DNA of 64,000 bases. Source: Polyangiales bacterium (GTDB taxonomy: Bacteria; Myxococcota_A; Polyangia; Polyangiales; Ga0077539). The notes under the pieces were generated by a model. It saw only the letters and a list, made by a program, of their open reading frames with translations. It had not been told where the DNA came from and did not search any database. The translations under genes and the position numbers were made by a program. Shown here piece by piece: positions 60,306 through 64,000 of this stretch. The stretch lies in NCBI GenBank assembly GCA_044229975.1, contig JBGARZ010000004.1, forward strand, positions 1-64,000. Reading direction: 5' to 3'. Position 1 is the stretch's first letter. Each line of letters begins with the position of its first letter.

Positions 60306-60590
60306 TCAGAACGGGATGCCCGCGCAGTTGCCCGCGCAGGTGAAGACCGAGCCCGCGCACGAGTTGCCGTCGGTGCACGCCTGGCAGGTGTCGACCCGGC
60401 GGTCGTTGTCGTCGCTGTTGGCGGCGTAGTCGCGGCAGCGCGTGGCGCAGGCGCTGGCGTCGTAGCTCGAACCGCCGAGGCAGTCCTTGTACTTGCCACA
60501 GATGCCGGAGCAGTCGGCGGCGCGGTCGATGGCGGTGCAGCCCGTGGCGGCAGAGAGGGCGAGAAGTGAGGCGAGGAGGAGGATCTTCAT
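60306..60590 (-). CDS. Small Cys-rich lipoprotein
   Basis: MKILLLASLLALSAATGC; CxxxC pattern. Confidence 0.75.
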   Translation of the reverse strand: MKILLLASLLALSAATGCTAIDRAADCSGICGKYKDCLGGSSYDASACATRCRDYAANSDDNDRRVDTCQACTDGNSCAGSVFTCAGNCAGIPF

Positions 60591-60632
60591 GCGATCCCCT
60601 TGAGCACCCGGTGTGCCACTCGCGCCAACGGT

Positions 60633-60675
60633 GGGCGTGATCGGTGCGCGCCGCGCTGGCGCCGCGGCGTGGGCC
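60633..60675 (+). repeat. Third, more diverged copy of the 47-bp intergenic repeat
   Basis: gggcgtgatcggtgcgcgccgcgctggcgccgcggcgtgggcc aligns with 36663-36709. Confidence 0.6.
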
Positions 60676-60801
60676 GTGGGGCCGCTCGCGACCTGACGCG
60701 CGCCCCCGACGTCAGCCCGGTGGTTGACGTCCGCCGCCCGGGCCGTTGTATCTAGCGCACCCCACTGCTTCCAAACTGCCTCACCTGGAGACTTTCTCAC
60801 C

Positions 60802-61383
60802 GTGCACACCTCATCGCGTTGGCGGCGCTGGAGCGCCACCCTGGCCCTCGGCCTCTGCCTCTCCTTCGCCGCTCCTGTTGAGGCCACCGTCGCGGTGCAG
60901 ATGTCTCGCGCTGAGCTCGTCGCCCAGTCCGACGTCATCGTCCGCGCCACCGTCGTCGGCGTCACCAGCCGCTGGAACGAAGACCAGTCCCAGATCATCT
61001 CCCTCACCACCCTGCGCGTCACCGAGACCGTGAAGGGCGTCGCCGTGGAGTCGCAGCTCACCCTCCGTCAGCTCGGCGGTGAGGTCGACGGGCTCGTCTC
61101 GCGCATCGCCGGCAACCCGGTGTTCAACCAGGGTCAGGAGGCGGTGTTCTTCCTGCGCCGCGGCCCCGGCGTCGTGTACCTCACCGGCCTCGCGCAGGCC
61201 GTCTACTACGTCGACCAGCGCGCCGACGGCACGGCCCTCGTGCACCGCGACCTCCACGGCCTGACCTTCGCGCAGCTCACCTCGGGGGCGCCGATGCGGA
61301 TGTACGAGGCGCCCGACGAGGCCCCCGAGTCGCTCCAGCACCTGCGCGACGACGTGCGCTCGCTCGCCGGGGGAGCCCGCTGA
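60802..61383 (+). CDS. Secreted protein coupled to the matrixin gene
   Basis: Signal peptide; ELVAQSDVIVRATV...LGGEVDG...FNQGQEAVFFL; TGATG overlap. Confidence 0.75.
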   Translation: MHTSSRWRRWSATLALGLCLSFAAPVEATVAVQMSRAELVAQSDVIVRATVVGVTSRWNEDQSQIISLTTLRVTETVKGVAVESQLTLRQLGGEVDGLVSRIAGNPVFNQGQEAVFFLRRGPGVVYLTGLAQAVYYVDQRADGTALVHRDLHGLTFAQLTSGAPMRMYEAPDEAPESLQHLRDDVRSLAGGAR

Positions 61384-62915
61384 TGCGCTCGCTCCGCCTC
61401 CCGCTGCTCGCCCTCGCGGGCCTTTGCGCGTTGCCTTCGCTCGCCTCCGGGTACGCCGTCGGCGAGTCGCACTGGAACCCCTCGTCGCTCCCCATCACCT
61501 ACCGGGTCAACGCCACCTCGGCGCCCTCCACCATCGGCGGCGACGCCGCCATCGCCGCCCTCGACGCGGGCATGGCGAGCTGGGCCGCCCCGGCCTGCAC
61601 CCGCTGGCGCACCACCAACGGCGGGGCGTCCGCCGTCGAGCGCGCCACCGCAGGCGACCGGCGCAACGACTTCCTGTGGATCTCGCTCTCGTGGCCCGCG
61701 GAGCTCGGCCCCGTCAACAGCGTCATCGGCGTCACCACGCCCGTCTGGACCAGCGGCGGGTACTTCATCGACGCCGACATCCAGTTCAACAACGTGGGCT
61801 TCACCTGGAGCACCGACGGCCGCCGCGGAACCGTCGACACGCAGTCCATCGCCACCCACGAGGAGGGCCACTTCCTCGGCCTCGACCACTCCTCCCAGTC
61901 GAGCGCCGTGATGTACGCGTCGTACCCGGGCGGCGTGAAGCGCACCCTCACCGGCGACGACATCGGCGGCGTGTGCGCCATCTACCCGTCGGGCGCCACC
62001 ATCCCCGACGCGGGCGTCGTCCCCGTCACCGATCCGTGCAACCGCTACACGTCGTGCGCGGGCTGCACCCCCGTCAACAACTGCGGCTGGTGCGGCGCCA
62101 GCGGGATGTGCGTCACCTCCACCTCGTCGGGCCCCACCGCAGGGTCGTGCGGCAGCGGCTTCGTCTGGCAGCCCAGCGCCTGCACCACCACGATGCCCAC
62201 GGTCGACGCGGGCACGAGCGACCCCTGCTCGCGCTTCACGAGCTGCGGCGGCTGCACCCCCTACGAGGGCTGCGGCTGGTGCGGCGCCACCAACCGCTGT
62301 CAGCTCGGGACCCCGACGGGCCCCAACGCCGGGAGCTGCGGCTCCAACTGGGCCTGGACCACCACCCAGTGCACGGCCGGCGGCGACGGCGGCGCCGCCG
62401 GGGGCACCGCGGCCTTCGGCGAGCCGTGCCGAACGCCCACCGACTGCGCCTCCGGGGTGCTCTGCGTGGGGAGCAGCGCGACGACGGCGTTCTGCTCGCG
62501 CGCGTGCACCGACGACTGCACCTGCCCGCGCGGGTACGCCTGCAACGGGCGCCTCACCACCGGGCAGACGGTCTGCGTGCCCGGCACCAACCGATGCACC
62601 ATGACCGACGCGGGCATCGTCCCGCCGCTCGACGTGGGCGTTCGCGTTGATACGGGTATTCGCGTCGACGTGGGCGTGCCGGTCGACCTCGGGGTCATCA
62701 CCGACAACGACGCGGGCACCGCGAAGGAAGACGCCGGCGTGGTCGTCATGACCGACGCGGGCGCTCCCGACGCGGGCAACTGGATGGTGACCAACCCCAG
62801 CGACGGCTGCGGTTGTCGCGTTCCGGGCCCGACGAGCACCTCGCGCGCTCAGGGCGTGTGGGCGCTCGCCGCGATGGGCGCGGCCCTTACCGCGCGGCGA
62901 CGTCGCCGCCGCTGA
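61383..62915 (+). CDS. Matrixin (M10-like) metalloprotease with PSI-like repeats and MYXO-CTERM-like tail
   Basis: HEEGHFLGLDH and Met-turn AVMY; CxxCT...CGWC repeats; GCGC...TM...RRRRR. Confidence 0.88.
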   Translation: MRSLRLPLLALAGLCALPSLASGYAVGESHWNPSSLPITYRVNATSAPSTIGGDAAIAALDAGMASWAAPACTRWRTTNGGASAVERATAGDRRNDFLWISLSWPAELGPVNSVIGVTTPVWTSGGYFIDADIQFNNVGFTWSTDGRRGTVDTQSIATHEEGHFLGLDHSSQSSAVMYASYPGGVKRTLTGDDIGGVCAIYPSGATIPDAGVVPVTDPCNRYTSCAGCTPVNNCGWCGASGMCVTSTSSGPTAGSCGSGFVWQPSACTTTMPTVDAGTSDPCSRFTSCGGCTPYEGCGWCGATNRCQLGTPTGPNAGSCGSNWAWTTTQCTAGGDGGAAGGTAAFGEPCRTPTDCASGVLCVGSSATTAFCSRACTDDCTCPRGYACNGRLTTGQTVCVPGTNRCTMTDAGIVPPLDVGVRVDTGIRVDVGVPVDLGVITDNDAGTAKEDAGVVVMTDAGAPDAGNWMVTNPSDGCGCRVPGPTSTSRAQGVWALAAMGAALTARRRRRR

Positions 62916-64000
62916 GAGCTGCTCGACGGCGGCGCCACGCCACGCCGAGCGCCGCCAGTCCTGCCACCAGCAAACCACCCGTCGAGCCGTTGGCCCTTGG
63001 GGTCACCGCGCAGCCCAGAAACTCCGCCCGCGGGCCTTCGCCGCAGGGCAACGGCCGGTTGCGAACCACGCCGTACGTGTGGAGGCGATCCTTCACGCCG
63101 AGGTCGCTCGCCATGAGCTGGAGGTCGCGGTCGAGCGCCGTGGCCGCGAGGTCGGCCCGCAGGCGGGTGAGCGTCGCGGTCTCGCCGATGCCCTGAAACG
63201 CCAGCCGCGCGTCGTCGCTCGCGACCATCGACCCGCCGACAGGAACGCGCCCGCCGCCGAAGCGCGCGGCGTTTTCGACGGTGCTGCGGGTGACCCGGTC
63301 CGAGCTCTCGGTGAGCCAGAGGCGGTTGCCGTTGGCGCGGTTGAGCGCCTCGAAGGCGCGGCGGAAATCCTCCGCGGGGACCGTCGGCGCGTTGAAGTCG
63401 TAGGTCAGCGACGAGGGGACGATCTCGCCGTTGGGGAAGTTCATGGCCTCGTAGCGCGAGGGCGCGAGCACCATGAGCAGGAGGCCCACCTTGTCGGCCA
63501 CGCCCGCGGCGATCATGCGCAGCGGGAGCACCGGGCTCAGCCCCGGCGTGGTCACCCGGATGGGGGTCATCTGCTCGACGCCTTCGCCCATGCGGAGGCG
63601 CAGCGCGATGAAGTCCATGCGCTGGGAGACATAGAAATCCAGCACGGGCTCGATCTGCACCGGGACGCTGTACCCGTTGGTGCGGAGCCAGGTGCGGAGG
63701 GCGGTCGGGTCGTCGCTGCGCACCACCGCGGTCATGTACGGGCCGACCACCTGCTCCTGCAGCACGGCCACGCCAGAGTCGGCGGCCAGGCTGGGTGGCG
63801 CAGCGCCGCCGCGCGCGCTGGCGAGGAAGTCCGAGTCGTCGTCGGCGCAGTACGGGGGATCGGGCGCGTTGAGCACCGGCGCCGAGAGGTTGTCCAGCGC
63901 CGTGAGGAAGCTGTTGTCGGCGACCTCGATGCGAACGTCAGGGCCGTTGTGGATGGGGAGGATCCACGAGAAGTCCGACGGCCGCCCGCTGTACCGGAAC
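62887..64000 (-). CDS. DUF2330-like protein, 5' end outside the window
   Basis: VGPY...LRTWLRTNGY...YV...FIALRL...LPLRM; MYXO-CTERM-like end. Confidence 0.75.
   Translation of the reverse strand, partial: FRYSGRPSDFSWILPIHNGPDVRIEVADNSFLTALDNLSAPVLNAPDPPYCADDDSDFLASARGGAAPPSLAADSGVAVLQEQVVGPYMTAVVRSDDPTALRTWLRTNGYSVPVQIEPVLDFYVSQRMDFIALRLRMGEGVEQMTPIRVTTPGLSPVLPLRMIAAGVADKVGLLLMVLAPSRYEAMNFPNGEIVPSSLTYDFNAPTVPAEDFRRAFEALNRANGNRLWLTESSDRVTRSTVENAARFGGGRVPVGGSMVASDDARLAFQGIGETATLTRLRADLAATALDRDLQLMASDLGVKDRLHTYGVVRNRPLPCGEGPRAEFLGCAVTPRANGSTGGLLVAGLAALGVAWRRRRAALSGGDVAAR

Noticed and set aside
1..64000. CRISPR array or cas genes (sought because of the CalpL-like protease/sigma pair)
   Set aside because: No regularly spaced direct repeats with unique spacers, and no cas or SAVED motifs recognised; the tandem repeats found are in-frame coding repeats

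Overview
This is a very GC-rich bacterial window, probably Myxococcota, judged from MYXO-CTERM-like tails, an MXAN_5808-type S41 protease and Cys-rich lipoproteins. It opens with the 3' end of a 5S rRNA and housekeeping genes (transglycosylase, htrA-like, pyrF, greB, tatBC, an internally deleted kup) and ends with rho and secreted-protein genes. Between them (~20-56 kb) is an accessory defence/conflict region with four parts. (1) A type I R-M operon whose hsdS was originally coupled to an ABC-ATPase/HNH pair; an ISAzo13-family element now splits the hsdS tail. (2) A DUF262/DUF1524 (GmrSD-like) gene split by an IS66 element. (3) An Rpn-like gene with an internal RBS, and two HEPN-TM-ectodomain proteins. 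(4) The best candidate for an undescribed system: a DUF3800-like nuclease, ECF sigma, putative anti-sigma and ATPase-less Lon-type protease operon, divergent from a GT-GT-kinase-methyltransferase / SLOG / deacetylase operon. A shared ECF-type motif, TGTCAG-N17-CGTC, precedes four of these transcription units, including hsdR. All family assignments come from motif recognition by eye; no database searches were run.
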